64,000 bases of DNA, taken from assembly GCA_040901675.1 (NCBI GenBank), contig JBBDYJ010000041.1, positions 10,475 to 74,474 of the forward strand, written 5' to 3'. The notes beneath the pieces are model-generated. The model was not told where the DNA came from, searched no databases, and was given only the letters and a program-made list of their open reading frames with translations. The position numbers were made by a program, and so were the translations under genes. The stretch comes from Pirellulales bacterium (GTDB lineage: Bacteria > Planctomycetota > Planctomycetia > Pirellulales > JAICIG01). Below, piece after piece: positions 13,713 through 23,757 of this stretch (position 1 is its first letter; every line of letters starts with the position of its first letter).

Positions 13713-14194
13713 TGCAAGCCTCCGATCCTGACAACCTGGTGAAAGTGCCCGGCCGGCTGGCGGGAATCGACTACGGGACGGTGCGGATCGGCATCGCCGT
13801 GAGCGACGCCCGGCAGACGCTGGCTAGCCCATACGAAAACTATCTGCGCCGTGATCGCCAGGCCGACGCCCAGCGCTTCCGGCGGTTGGTCGCTGAAGAA
13901 GGCATCGAGCGGTTTGTCGTGGGGCTGCCGGTCCACAACGACGGCAGCGAAAGCTCCAAATCGCTCGAAGCGAGGACGTTCGGCCAGTGGCTGGCGGAAG
14001 TGACCGGCCGGCCGGTGGAGTTCTTCGACGAGCGGTTCACGACCAGCGAGGCCGAGCAATACTTGGGCGAGGCGGGGCTTACCAAAAAACGCCGCCGGGC
14101 CCGGCTCGACATGCTGGCCGCTCAAATCCTGCTGTCGGCCTACATGGAATCGAAGTCGCGCGGGCAGGCTGTACCAGGCGCGCTCGACGATTGA
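13712..14194 (+). CDS. ruvX: RuvX/YqgF RNase H-fold nuclease
   Basis: 'GIDYGTVRIGIAVSD', 'VVGLP', 'DERFTTSEAE', 'LDMLAAQILL'. Confidence 0.95.
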   Translation: MQASDPDNLVKVPGRLAGIDYGTVRIGIAVSDARQTLASPYENYLRRDRQADAQRFRRLVAEEGIERFVVGLPVHNDGSESSKSLEARTFGQWLAEVTGRPVEFFDERFTTSEAEQYLGEAGLTKKRRRARLDMLAAQILLSAYMESKSRGQAVPGALDD

Positions 14195-14218
14195 ACCGGC
14201 TTTCTTGGGAAGATCGAG

Positions 14219-15082
14219 ATGCCAAAGCTGATATTTGGCTGCGGATATCTGGGCTCCCGCGTCGCCAGTGCCTGGCGCGCCGCCGGTCACGATGTCTACG
14301 TCGTGACGCGCAGCAGCCGGCGGGCCGACGAGCTGGCTGGCGAAGGGTATCGCCCGCTGGTGGCCGACGTGACCCTGCCGGACGGTTTTCCCCAGTGGCC
14401 GCCGGCCGAGACGGTGCTCTACGCCGTCGGTTACGACCGCAAAACGTCAAACTCCATCGAGCAAATCTACGTCGGCGGGCTTGCCAACGTGCTCGACTCG
14501 CTCCCGGCCAATACCGGGCGGTTCATCTACATCAGTTCCACCGGCGTCTACGGCGATAGCCGAGGCGCCTTGGTCAACGAAGACACCCCTTGCAACCCAG
14601 AACGACCGGGCGGCAAGGCTTGCCTGGCGGCCGAACAAGTGCTCCTGGCCGGGCCGTTGGCCAGCCGCGCCGTGATCCTGCGAATGGCAGGCATTTACGG
14701 CCCAGGCCGCCTTCCCAACCTCAAGAGCTTGTTGGCCGGCGATCCGATTGCGGCGGCCGGCGAGGCGCACCTGAACCTGATCCACGTCGACGACGCCGTC
14801 GCGGCCGTGCTGGCCGCCGAGCGCGTTGATGTGCGGCTGCCCCGGACCTACCTGGTTTCGGACGGAGCCCCCGGCCTGCGCCGCGACTTCTATGCCCAGT
14901 GCGCCCGGCTGGTCGGCGCACCGCCGCCTCGTTTCGAAGCACCGGCGGCCCCACAGATGTCGCGCGGGGGTGCGGCCGACAAACGCATCAGCAACGCGCG
15001 GATGATGGCCGAGCTGGGCGTGGTGCCGCGGTACGGCTCCTACCGCGAGGGTTTGGCCCAAATCGCATCTGGGGCGTGGTAG
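14219..15082 (+). CDS. NAD-dependent epimerase / SDR family oxidoreductase
   Basis: 'IFGCGYLG', 'YISSTGVYG', 'RMAGIYGPGR', 'NLIHVDD', 'KRISN'. Confidence 0.9.
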   Translation: MPKLIFGCGYLGSRVASAWRAAGHDVYVVTRSSRRADELAGEGYRPLVADVTLPDGFPQWPPAETVLYAVGYDRKTSNSIEQIYVGGLANVLDSLPANTGRFIYISSTGVYGDSRGALVNEDTPCNPERPGGKACLAAEQVLLAGPLASRAVILRMAGIYGPGRLPNLKSLLAGDPIAAAGEAHLNLIHVDDAVAAVLAAERVDVRLPRTYLVSDGAPGLRRDFYAQCARLVGAPPPRFEAPAAPQMSRGGAADKRISNARMMAELGVVPRYGSYREGLAQIASGAW

Positions 15083-15353
15083 AACGGAATTCCGTGTCGT
15101 AGCTGAACTCGCCAGAGTTCAGGGAGCTCATGTAACACCCGGCGTCGGGCAAGCAGCCGCCAAGCAGCCGGGAAATCTCACCTTGCGCCCTTCTGCCCCC
15201 TTCTGCCTTTTGCCTTCTGCCTTCTTCCTTCTACCTTCTGCCTGGTTCTTGTCGCAAAGTTTTGAAGGCCCTAAAATCTGGCTGTAGAACGGAATTCATT
15301 CGTAGAACGGAATTCATTCCGTTTGGCTGTCGTAGAACGGAATTCATTCCGTT
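15079..15353. repeat. REP cluster: family A (GTAGAACGGAATTCATTCCGTT), family B (GTAGCTGAACTCGCCAGAGTTCAG) and a (TTCTGCC)n tract
   Basis: A copies at 15079 (short), 15284 (short), 15302-15323, 15332-15353; B copy at 15099-15123; heptamer tract ~15191-15242. Confidence 0.88.
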
Positions 15354-15378
15354 TGCTTCAACCGGAAGGAACTGCATC

Positions 15379-16167
15379 ATGCTCGAGCGGAAGCCGGTCT
15401 TCCCTCACGTCATCGAAGTGAACTACCAGGCCGGCGAGCGGCTGGGCTGCAACGTCTACCTCGTCTTCGACGGGCCCGAGTGGCTGCTGATCGACATCGG
15501 CTACGACGAGACGGTCGACGAGATCGTCGAAATGATCCGGCAGCTCGACTTTCCCCTTTCCAACTGCAAGACCGTGGTCGCCACCCACGCCGACGTCGAT
15601 CACGTCCAGGGCCTCGCCAAGCTCAAGCAGTTGCTCAAAACGACCGTCACGGGCCACCGCCTGGCGGCCGAGCCGCTGGCCTCGGGCGACCGGATCAAGA
15701 CCTTCGCCGAAGTGGCCGCCCAGAACATTCACCTGGAGATGCCGCCGGTCAAGATCGACGCCTTCGTCGACGACGGCGACACGCTCCAAGTGGGCAACCT
15801 GCGGCTCGAGGTCTGGCACACGCCGGGCCACACCGACAGCCAGCTCTCGTTCCGCCTAGGCAAGCTGCTGTTCAGCGGCGACAACATCTATCGCGACGGT
15901 TGCGTGGGCGCCATCGACGCCCACCACGGCAGCGACATTCGGTCCTTCGTCAAGAGTCTGCGGCGGATCAGGGCCAGCGACGTCGAGTGGCTCCTGCCCA
16001 GCCACGGGCCGATCTTTCGAAAGGACAACGCGCTGATGGACCGCACGATCACCCGTCTGGAGAGCTATCTGCACATGGCCGACTTCGGAACCTGCGCCAT
16101 CGACTGGCCCCTGATGGACGAGTGGGACCGCGAGCTCGCCGAAGGCCGCTTGCCCGACGCCCCGTAG
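15379..16167 (+). CDS. MBL-fold metallo-hydrolase
   Basis: 'THADVDH', 'HTPGHT', 'FSGD', 'LPSHG'. Confidence 0.9.
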   Translation: MLERKPVFPHVIEVNYQAGERLGCNVYLVFDGPEWLLIDIGYDETVDEIVEMIRQLDFPLSNCKTVVATHADVDHVQGLAKLKQLLKTTVTGHRLAAEPLASGDRIKTFAEVAAQNIHLEMPPVKIDAFVDDGDTLQVGNLRLEVWHTPGHTDSQLSFRLGKLLFSGDNIYRDGCVGAIDAHHGSDIRSFVKSLRRIRASDVEWLLPSHGPIFRKDNALMDRTITRLESYLHMADFGTCAIDWPLMDEWDRELAEGRLPDAP

Positions 16168-16190
16168 AACCGAACGTCAGTTCCCCCGTC

Positions 16191-16270
16191 GTAGAACGGA
16201 ATTCATTCCGTTTCCCCGTCGACCCCAATTCATTCACTTTCCCGACGAAACGGAATGAATTCCGTTCTAC
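16191..16270. repeat. Inverted pair of family A REPs (REPIN/BIME-like)
   Basis: Forward copy 16191-16212, reverse-complement copy 16249-16270. Confidence 0.9.
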
Positions 16271-16433
16271 TCGTACCCATCCTGACGCCTGTGCGGGATA
16301 TTCCCTCAACGCCGCCCGGGCGCGGTGCCGATTCTGTAGATACCGACCTCGAACGGCTTGCCGGACCGGTGCAACCGCACCAACCGCAAGCCCGTGCGAA
16401 ACGAGGCCCTTGCCACTCCAAAGGGGGGAATCA

Positions 16434-16760
16434 ATGATCCGCCGGACCATGCTGGCCCTGCTGTGCGCCGCGGGCTTGTGGGCCGCCGTGCCGGCGGCCG
16501 AGGCCCAAGCCCAGCAAGCCTTTGCGCGTCAGTGGGGACACAGCTACAACACGCAAGACTGGCAGCGCTTCTATCACTACCCGTACGTCTTCTATCCCCA
16601 GAACTTCTGGAGCTCCGACTACTACCGCAGCTCGGAGAGCCTCTACTACCGCTATCCGCCCGAAATGCGGATCCCCGTCTATAACCGCAAGTGGCATAAC
16701 TACTACCCGCAAAGCCGCCGGTATCATTACGGCCACCATTTCATCCTCGACACCTTCTAG
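16434..16760 (+). CDS. Small secreted Tyr/His/Trp-rich protein
   Basis: SD 'AAGGGGGGA', Sec signal peptide (MIRRTMLALLCAAGLWAAVPAAEAQA), aromatic-rich mature part, GC-biased codon use. Confidence 0.8.
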   Translation: MIRRTMLALLCAAGLWAAVPAAEAQAQQAFARQWGHSYNTQDWQRFYHYPYVFYPQNFWSSDYYRSSESLYYRYPPEMRIPVYNRKWHNYYPQSRRYHYGHHFILDTF

Positions 16761-16824
16761 TCCTCAGCCACGTTGGACCTGGGCAGATCGGCCGGTCGGC
16801 CACCTTGCTGCTCGAAGGGCGACC

Positions 16825-16871
16825 AAAAAATGCGGCGAGCCCGGGCCACTGCCCGGCTCGCCGTTTCTTTT
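16825..16871. terminator. Intrinsic terminator, possibly bidirectional
   Basis: A-run, GCGGCGAGCCGGGC/GCCCGGCTCGCCGT hairpin, then TTCTTTT. Confidence 0.75.
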
Positions 16872-17124
16872 GCGCCCCGCTCTTGCCGGTTTGAGCACGC
16901 TCCGGCGGGTTGACAAAAATACGGCCAACTGGTTTCTTTGGTGGAAGATGCGTTGACTGAGGTGACTTTGTCGATTGCTGCGTAGTTTGAGTCCCCGTTC
17001 GGGTGGCCCGAGATTTGCCTTCCGGGGGGATTGGAACGTTGTCCGGGCCACGGAGGTGCCTACCGAAACAACCGCTTCACGGCGACGGCCGACTGTCGCC
17101 CAATCCCGCCTCCCGGCCCTTGCC

Positions 17125-18504
17125 ATGCGAGCCAAACTGTTAGGCAAAACGCTCAACAGCCGCGAGCTGAACTCCAGGATCCGGCCGCTGCGGTTCCTGG
17201 ACAACCACACCAACCTCTTCTACCTGGCCGCCGATTATCTCACCCTGGCGGTCATCCTGACCGCGGCCATCGGCTCTTGCCACCTCCGCCCGCAGTGGGG
17301 CCTCTCCTGGCTCTGGAATGTGCCGGTGGTAATCGTCACGGTGCTCCTGGTCGGCGCGGTCCAACACCGCTTCGCCGGCCTGGCGCACGAAGGGGCCCAT
17401 TACATCCTGCTCAAGAATCGGTTCTTCAACGAGCTGGTGTCCGACCTGTTCTGCATGTTCCCGCTCTTCTCCACCACGGCCCAATACCGGCAGATCCACC
17501 TGGGACACCACGAGTACACCAACGATTGGCAGCGCGACCCCGAGCTGTTGAACCTCGGCCAGACGCGGATGATGGACCGCTTTCCCATGACGCGCGGACA
17601 GTTCGTCACCCAATTCTTCGCCCGCATCTTTTGGCCTCCCAAGCTGTTGCGCTACATGTGGGACAACATCTACGTCACCACCCTGGGCAACGGCGTCCAT
17701 CCCTACCTCAAGAAGTCGGCCGGCAAGCCACGCGGCCGCATCGGAACCGTGCGGATCACCAGCCTCCTGGGCGTCGCCTACCTGGTCGCCATCGTCCTGG
17801 CCATGGGTTACCTGAGCTGGCACGGCAATTGGACGCTGCTCGTCGTCACTCCGCTGGCGTTTTGGCTCGCCGCCGCCGGCCTGGTCCGGACGCTGCCCGA
17901 CGATTGGTTCTTTCAATCGCAGTTGCGGCCCGTCCACTCCGCCAAGTTGACCAGCAACCTGCGGCTGGGCTGGATCACCGGCTTGGAGTGCGTGCTGGCC
18001 TGGTCGCGCTACGCCACCGGCGTTGAGTGGGGCGTTTACTTCTGGCTCTTCTGGCTGCTCCCCTTGTTCACCAGCTTCCCTTACTACATGCTGCTGCGCG
18101 ACCTGTACCAGCACGCCAACGCCGACGACGGCAAGCTGACCAACAGCCGCGTCATGTTCACCAACCCCCTGGTCCGCTGGGCCATGTTCATCTATGGCCA
18201 GGACATCCACCTCACGCACCACCTCTATCCGGCGGTGCCGCATTACAACCTCCGCAAGCTGCACCGCCTGCTGGTCGACAACAGTCCCGAATACGCCAAG
18301 CACGTCGTCGAATGCCACGGAATGCTCTGGAACACCAACGGCAAGCCCACCCTGCTCGACTGCATGGAGCTGCCGACCCGCGAGCCGGCGCCCTTTGTAC
18401 CGCCGCAGCCAAGCGCGGCCCCGGCAACGGCCCTTGCCGTGCTCCCCTCGAACCTGCCGTCGCCCTTGTCTCTACGGGCGTATGAGTCTACGGGCGGCAT
18501 ATGA
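17125..18504 (+). CDS. Membrane fatty-acid desaturase family protein (start may be the GTG at 17056)
   Basis: His boxes HEGAH, HLGHH, QH and HLTHH('YPAVPHYNL'); TM helices. Confidence 0.88.
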   Translation: MRAKLLGKTLNSRELNSRIRPLRFLDNHTNLFYLAADYLTLAVILTAAIGSCHLRPQWGLSWLWNVPVVIVTVLLVGAVQHRFAGLAHEGAHYILLKNRFFNELVSDLFCMFPLFSTTAQYRQIHLGHHEYTNDWQRDPELLNLGQTRMMDRFPMTRGQFVTQFFARIFWPPKLLRYMWDNIYVTTLGNGVHPYLKKSAGKPRGRIGTVRITSLLGVAYLVAIVLAMGYLSWHGNWTLLVVTPLAFWLAAAGLVRTLPDDWFFQSQLRPVHSAKLTSNLRLGWITGLECVLAWSRYATGVEWGVYFWLFWLLPLFTSFPYYMLLRDLYQHANADDGKLTNSRVMFTNPLVRWAMFIYGQDIHLTHHLYPAVPHYNLRKLHRLLVDNSPEYAKHVVECHGMLWNTNGKPTLLDCMELPTREPAPFVPPQPSAAPATALAVLPSNLPSPLSLRAYESTGGI

Positions 18505-19681
18505 GGAACTGGTAGATCGCCTCGCTGGCCTGCGCCAGTTCATCGATCGAAAGCCACTCGTCGGCCGTATGGGCCTGTTCGATCGAGCCGGGCCCAAAAA
18601 CCACCGACGGGACTCCGTCGGCAGCGATCTTGGCCGCATTGGTGCCGTAAGCCACGCCGATCTTCTCCCCACGCCCCAACGCAGCCCGCAACGTGGCGAC
18701 CAGCCGATCGGCCAATGGGCCGTTCTGATCGTCCGGCAGCGGATTGCCCGACAGATACGGCCGCTCGTGCTGGACGGCCAGGCCGCTGGGCACGTGCCCT
18801 GCCACGAACTCGATCACTTCGCGGTAGGCATCCGCCGGTTCTTCGCCGGGCAGCACCCGCCGATCGATCTCGATCACGCACGCGTCGGGCACGGTGTTGA
18901 CGCTCAAGCCCCCCTGGATCATGCCCACGCTCAGCGTGGCCCGGCCGCAAAGCGGATGCCTCCGACCGCTTTGCCGCAGTTGGCCGGCGTAGGCCTCCAG
19001 CGCCTCCAGCACGCGGGCCATCTTGTAAATGGCATTCTCGCCCGCCTCCGGACGCGAGCTGTGCGCCGCCCTCCCCTGCGTCCGCGCCCGCCACCGGACC
19101 GCTCCCTTGTGGGCAATCACCACGTCCAGATCGGTCGGCTCGGCCACGATGGCCGCGTCGGGCTTGCGCGGCACGATCGAGCGGGCCCCCGGCGCCCACA
19201 AGCTGGCCAGCTCGCTGGCCCCGCTATAGCCGTGCTCTTCGTTCACCGTGCAGGCCATCAGCACCGTCGGCATGCCCGTTGGCCTCTCCTCGGCCAGCCG
19301 GGCCACCGCCCCCAGCATGGCCGTCATGCCTCCCTTGATGTCGCAGGCGCCGCGCCCATACAGCCGGCCATCGCGAACGGCGGGTGCAAAGGGCTCGATC
19401 GTCATGCCATCGACCGGCACCGTGTCCTGGTGCGCCTCCAGCAAGATCAACGCCCCTCCTTCCGTGGCCGGCACGTCGCCGTCGAGCCGGGCGATGATAT
19501 TGTCGCGGCGGGGTTCGATCGTCTGCCGCTGCCAGGCGAGTCCCAGGCCGTTGAACAACTGCTCCAGGTACTCGGTCACCCGATATTCGAAATAATCCGG
19601 GCCCGTCAAGCCGCGCCCCATCGGGTTCATGCTGGGGATCGCAACCAGATCGCTCAGCGTCCGCACCAGGTCCAGCGGCAT
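18488..19681 (-). CDS. M20 family metallopeptidase (ArgE/DapE-like)
   Basis: 'EAHQDTVP', 'LYGRGACDIKGG', 'NEE', 'VAEPT', 'GRAAHSS', 'FGPG...AHTADE'. Confidence 0.93.
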   Translation of the reverse strand: MPLDLVRTLSDLVAIPSMNPMGRGLTGPDYFEYRVTEYLEQLFNGLGLAWQRQTIEPRRDNIIARLDGDVPATEGGALILLEAHQDTVPVDGMTIEPFAPAVRDGRLYGRGACDIKGGMTAMLGAVARLAEERPTGMPTVLMACTVNEEHGYSGASELASLWAPGARSIVPRKPDAAIVAEPTDLDVVIAHKGAVRWRARTQGRAAHSSRPEAGENAIYKMARVLEALEAYAGQLRQSGRRHPLCGRATLSVGMIQGGLSVNTVPDACVIEIDRRVLPGEEPADAYREVIEFVAGHVPSGLAVQHERPYLSGNPLPDDQNGPLADRLVATLRAALGRGEKIGVAYGTNAAKIAADGVPSVVFGPGSIEQAHTADEWLSIDELAQASEAIYQFLICRP

Positions 19682-19814
19682 GCTCTTGCGCTCTTGGGTC
19701 TGCTCGTATGGAGAGGCTCTGTCCCGTTGTAGCGGCACGGCCCCGGTGTAAGTTACCCGGCCGGGTCAATCGTAATGTGGCCCAAGGGCAGATGGAAGAG
19801 GCCGGGTGGTGCGG

Positions 19815-19839
19815 GTAGCTGAACTCGCCAGAGTTCAGG
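19815..19839 (+). repeat. REP family B copy
   Basis: GTAGCTGAACTCGCCAGAGTTCAGG, identical to 15099-15123. Confidence 0.85.
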
Positions 19840-19935
19840 TCCGGGGCAACGCCGACGCCCGCGCTCCCGTCCGCTCCGCCAAAAAATCTCCCCAAGACTC
19901 TTGAATGTCGCTTTCACGGACTGCACAATGAGATC

Positions 19936-19997
19936 TGTGGGGTTCGCCCCACATGTGCCCTTCGTAGGTACCTGCCCCGCCTGCGAAGGGTTTTTTT
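19936..19997 (+). ncRNA. Candidate ~60-nt small RNA
   Basis: TTGAAT-17-CACAAT promoter (19901-19929); TGTGGGG-TTCG-CCCCACA hairpin; 11-bp terminator hairpin plus T7. Confidence 0.5.
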
Positions 19998-20001
19998 ATT
20001 C

Positions 20002-20310
20002 GGGTGCCTGGCGGCAAAGCGTAGCGTGCCCCAGTCTTCGTCCGTCCGTCTCCCCCCTTCCCCCGCTCTCCCCTTCCCCCCTTCGTCCCTCGTCGGGTGG
20101 CTGATGGCAAAGCGGACTTCGGCGAGCTCAGTCGAGTCGTAGCGTGCCCCCGTCTTCGTCCGTCCGTCTCCGCCCTTCCCCCGCTCCCCCTTCCCCCCCT
20201 TCAGTCCCTCGGGGTGCCTGCGGCAGCGGTAGCGTGCCCCAGCTCTTGCCTTCTGCCTTCTGCCTTCTGCCCTTCTGCCTTCTGCCTTCTGCCTTCGTCC
20301 TTCTGCCTTC
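20002..20310. repeat. Three degenerate family C REP copies with duplicated pyrimidine-rich spacers and a (TTCTGCC)n tract
   Basis: GGGTGCCTG..GGCAAAGCG..TAGCGTGCCCC at ~20002, ~20095 and ~20211; heptamer tract 20247-20310. Confidence 0.8.
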
Positions 20311-20397
20311 CCTCCCTGCCTTGACCGTCTTAACCAGTGCCGATACCATTTTTTTCCAGGACTCGAAACAGCTTCGAGTCTCGTTTTTGGCTCCACT

Positions 20398-20415
20398 TTG
20401 TGAAAGCATTCACAA
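20398..20415. promoter_or_regulatory. Rex-type operator upstream of nuoA
   Basis: TTGTGAA-AGCA-TTCACAA, exact match to the Rex consensus TTGTGAAnnnnTTCACAA. Confidence 0.8.
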
Positions 20416-20455
20416 AGTCGCCCTCGCTTCGAAAAAATCGTCGCACGTTTCCCCT

Positions 20456-20854
20456 ATGCAGCCTGCCACGGTGCCAATCTTCCTGTTCGCCGTCTGCGCG
20501 ACGGCCTTGGCACTCGGATTGTTAGCGGCCGGATGGCTGCTTGGCCCGCGCCGTGCCGGCTCGGTCAAGCAGATGCCGTACGAGAGCGGCATGGATCCCA
20601 TCCACGACACCCGCCGCCGCTTCGACGTCCGCTTTCACCTCGTGGCCATCTCCTTCCTCGTGTTCGACGTGGAACTGCTGATTCTCTATCCCTGGGCCGT
20701 GGCCAGCCGCGCCCCGCAGGGAGTCGACGCGGCCGTCGCCGGCGGCCTCGTCTCGGGACGCGACATCGTCTTCTTCAGCGCCATGGCGTTCATCGGCCTG
20801 TTGGCGGCCGGGTTCGCCTACGAGTGGCGCAAGGGGGTCTTCCGATGGCGATAG
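20456..20854 (+). CDS. nuoA: NADH-quinone oxidoreductase subunit A
   Basis: 'KQMPYESG', 'FLVFDVE', 'YPWA', 'YEWRKG'. Confidence 0.95.
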   Translation: MQPATVPIFLFAVCATALALGLLAAGWLLGPRRAGSVKQMPYESGMDPIHDTRRRFDVRFHLVAISFLVFDVELLILYPWAVASRAPQGVDAAVAGGLVSGRDIVFFSAMAFIGLLAAGFAYEWRKGVFRWR

Positions 20855-21429
20855 AGCTGCCAGAGAACGTGGTGGTCAGCAAGCTCGACGCCCTGGCGAG
20901 CTGGTGCCGCAAGAACAGCCTCTGGCCCATGCCGTTCGCCACGGCCTGCTGCGGCATCGAGCTGATGGCCACCGGCGCCAGCCGGCACGACCTGGCCCGC
21001 TTCGGCGCGGAAGTGTTCCGCTTCAGCCCGCGGCAGTGCGACCTGATGATCGTCGCCGGGCGCGTCGTGATGAAGATGCTGCCGGTGTTGCAGCGCATCT
21101 GGCAGCAGATGCTCGAGCCCAAGTGGTGCATCTCGATGGGGGCCTGCGCCTCGACCGGAGGCGTCTTCGACACCTACTGCGTGGTCCAGGGGATCGACCG
21201 CTTCATGCCGGTCGACATGTACGTGCCCGGCTGCCCGCCGCGCCCCGAGCAGTTGATCCAGTCGATCATCGACTTGCAGGACATGATCCAGGCGGAAGGT
21301 ACCGTGTCGGGCAAGGAATTCGACCTGCCCGCCCGGCAAGGACCCAAGCGGGCCCTGATCGAGCTGCCGATCCTGCCGGCTCAACCCGGCGCGCGACTGC
21401 CCGGCGCCTCACACGCCCAGCGAGGGTGA
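20845..21429 (+). CDS. nuoB: NADH-quinone oxidoreductase subunit B
   Basis: 'TACCGIE', 'SPRQCD', 'MGACA', '[10 protein letters not shown]'. Confidence 0.97.
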   Translation: MAIELPENVVVSKLDALASWCRKNSLWPMPFATACCGIELMATGASRHDLARFGAEVFRFSPRQCDLMIVAGRVVMKMLPVLQRIWQQMLEPKWCISMGACASTGGVFDTYCVVQGIDRFMPVDMYVPGCPPRPEQLIQSIIDLQDMIQAEGTVSGKEFDLPARQGPKRALIELPILPAQPGARLPGASHAQRG

Positions 21430-21434
21430 GCCCC

Positions 21435-21932
21435 ATGGTCCGGCCCGAGACGCTCGAGGCACTGGCCGCCGCGGTCGCCGGCCTGGCGACCAGCGAGTTC
21501 CGCGGCCAGACCCGCGCCGTGGTGCCCCGCGAGTTGTTGTTGACCGCCCTTTCGACGCTGCGGGACCAGTGCGGCTTCGACCTGCTGGTCGACATCACCT
21601 GCGTCGATTATCTCAACTACCGCGACGCCATCGACCGCTTTGGCCTGGTTTACCTGCTGGCGGCGACCGCGACCAACGAGCGGATCACGCTCCGCGTCTT
21701 TCTCAACGAGCCGGATCTCACCGTTCCCTCGGCCGTGCCCTTGTGGGAAGGAGCCAACTGGATGGAGCGCGAGGTCTGGGACATGTTCGGCGTCACGTTC
21801 GACGGCCATCCGGACCATCGGCGGATCCTGCTGCCCGACGAGTTCACGGCCCATCCCCTGCGCAAGGACTACCCGCTGCAGGGGCGCGGCGAGCGGCACA
21901 ACTTCCCCGTCCTGACCCGGAAGGACGGCTGA
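21435..21932 (+). CDS. nuoC: NADH-quinone oxidoreductase subunit C
   Basis: 'ANWMEREVWDMFG', 'GHPDHRRIL', 'HPLRKDYP'. Confidence 0.96.
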   Translation: MVRPETLEALAAAVAGLATSEFRGQTRAVVPRELLLTALSTLRDQCGFDLLVDITCVDYLNYRDAIDRFGLVYLLAATATNERITLRVFLNEPDLTVPSAVPLWEGANWMEREVWDMFGVTFDGHPDHRRILLPDEFTAHPLRKDYPLQGRGERHNFPVLTRKDG

Positions 21933-23158
21933 TGCCGCTCACCCCCGCCACGCTCTCCCGCGACATCGCTCACGACGAAGCGGCCGATTACCTCTGGACG
22001 CTGAACTTCGGCCCGCAGCACCCGGCCACCCACACCACGCTGCGGATCGTGCTCAAGCTCGACGGCGAGCGGGTCGTCGACGCCATGCCCGACATCGGCT
22101 ACCTGCACTCCGGCTTCGAGAAGCTGGGCGAGCACCTCGACTACAACCAGTACGTCACGATCACCGACCGCATGAACTACATCTCGCCCATGGCCAACAA
22201 CGTCGCCTGGCATGGCGCCGTGGAAAAGCTGCTGGGAATCGAGATCACGCCGCGCTGCAAGTACCTGCGCACCATCGTCTCCGAGCTGTCCCGCATCAGC
22301 GATCACCTGCTCTGCAACGGCGCGGCCGGCCTCGACACGGGCGCCTTCACCTACTTCCTCTATGCCTTCAATCGACGCGAAGACCTCTACGACATCTTCG
22401 AAACCGTCTGCGGCGCCCGCTTCACCAACAGCTACACCCGCGTCGGCGGCCTGATGTACGACGCCGACGAGCGGTTCATCCGCAAGGTGCGGGAGTTCAT
22501 CCGCACCTTCCCCCGCACCCTCGACGACATGGAGCGGCTGCTCAACCGCAACCGCATCTTCGTCGACCGCACCAAGGGAGTCGGCGTGCTCACCCGCGAG
22601 CAGGCCTTGTCGCGCAGTTGCACCGGCCCGATCGCCCGCGCCAGCGGCGTCACCCGCGATCTGCGCAAGGACGAGCCCTACCTGAGCTACGCCGATTTCG
22701 ATTTCAAGGTCTGCTGCGCCGCGGCCGGCGACTGCTATGCCCGCTACCTGGTGAGGATGGCCGAAATGCGCGAGAGCCTGCGGATCGTCCACCAGGCGAT
22801 CGAGAACCTCCCCTCCGGCCCGGTCAACGTGGGAATCGGCGAGCGCACCACGCTGCCCGACAAGCGGCCCGTCTATTCGACCATCGAGGGCACCATCTCG
22901 CACTTCGAGCTCTTGATGAGCAACCGCGGCTTCGAAACCCCCAACGAGGAATCGTACGACGCCGTCGAGAGCCCCAACGGCGAGCTGGGCTTTTACCTCG
23001 TCGGCGACGGCACCCACGTGGCCTACCGCGCCCGCTGCCGGCCCCCCTCGTACATCCATTTTGCCATCTTCCCCCACTTGATCCGCGGACATACCCTGTC
23101 GGACGTCGTGGCCGTGCTGGGCAGCTTGAACATCATCGCCGCGGAGCTCGACCGTTAA
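21932..23158 (+). CDS. nuoD: NADH-quinone oxidoreductase subunit D
   Basis: 'LNFGPQHPATH', 'GYLHSGFEK', 'DRMNY', 'ESPNGE', C-terminal 'ELDR'. Confidence 0.97.
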   Translation: MPLTPATLSRDIAHDEAADYLWTLNFGPQHPATHTTLRIVLKLDGERVVDAMPDIGYLHSGFEKLGEHLDYNQYVTITDRMNYISPMANNVAWHGAVEKLLGIEITPRCKYLRTIVSELSRISDHLLCNGAAGLDTGAFTYFLYAFNRREDLYDIFETVCGARFTNSYTRVGGLMYDADERFIRKVREFIRTFPRTLDDMERLLNRNRIFVDRTKGVGVLTREQALSRSCTGPIARASGVTRDLRKDEPYLSYADFDFKVCCAAAGDCYARYLVRMAEMRESLRIVHQAIENLPSGPVNVGIGERTTLPDKRPVYSTIEGTISHFELLMSNRGFETPNEESYDAVESPNGELGFYLVGDGTHVAYRARCRPPSYIHFAIFPHLIRGHTLSDVVAVLGSLNIIAAELDR

Positions 23159-23659
23159 ATGATCGAAGACGCCCGCCCCGTCCCCCAGCGCATCCTCACC
23201 GACGAGATGGTCCAAGCCATCCGCGCCTTCTTCCCCCGATATCCCACGCGGCAGGCCGTCACGCTGCCGGCCCTCCACGTGGTGAACGAGCGGCTCCGCC
23301 ACGTGCCGATCCAGGCCGTGGTCGAGATCGCCGAGCTGCTCGGGCTGGCTCCGGCCGACGTGCAGGACACGCTGAGTTTTTACGGCTTCTTCAAGCAGGA
23401 CCGCCCGCACGGCGAGCATCGGGCCTGGGTCTGCCGCTCGATCAGTTGCGCCTTGCGGGGTGGCGAGGAGGTCCTCGATCACCTCTGCCGGCGGTTGAAC
23501 CTGTCGCCAGGCGAGACCACGGCCGACGGCAAGCTCACCCTGGAGTATGCCGAGTGCCTCGGCGCCTGCGACTTTGCCCCCTGCATGCTGGTCGGAAAGA
23601 TATTGCACAAAGACCTGACGCCGGCCAAGGCCGACGCCTTCCTCGATTCCCTGTCGTAG
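23159..23659 (+). CDS. nuoE: NADH-quinone oxidoreductase subunit E
   Basis: 2Fe-2S ligands 'CRSISC' and 'ECLGAC'. Confidence 0.95.
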   Translation: MIEDARPVPQRILTDEMVQAIRAFFPRYPTRQAVTLPALHVVNERLRHVPIQAVVEIAELLGLAPADVQDTLSFYGFFKQDRPHGEHRAWVCRSISCALRGGEEVLDHLCRRLNLSPGETTADGKLTLEYAECLGACDFAPCMLVGKILHKDLTPAKADAFLDSLS

Positions 23660-23757
23660 AACGGAATCTATTCCGTTTATTGTCGTAGAACGGAATTCAT
23701 TCCGTTTGTTTCTGTAGAACCCAGTTTATCCCTTTGTAGAACGGACCTTCACCCGTG
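23656..23757 (+). repeat. Tandem family A REPs between nuoE and nuoF
   Basis: Copies at 23656-23677 and 23685-23706; degenerate GTAGAAC-starting units at 23714 and 23736. Confidence 0.85.

Noticed and set aside
17003..17058. RNA thermometer or riboswitch in the desaturase leader
   Set aside because: Only an 8-bp GC stem, start codon uncertain, no recognisable aptamer
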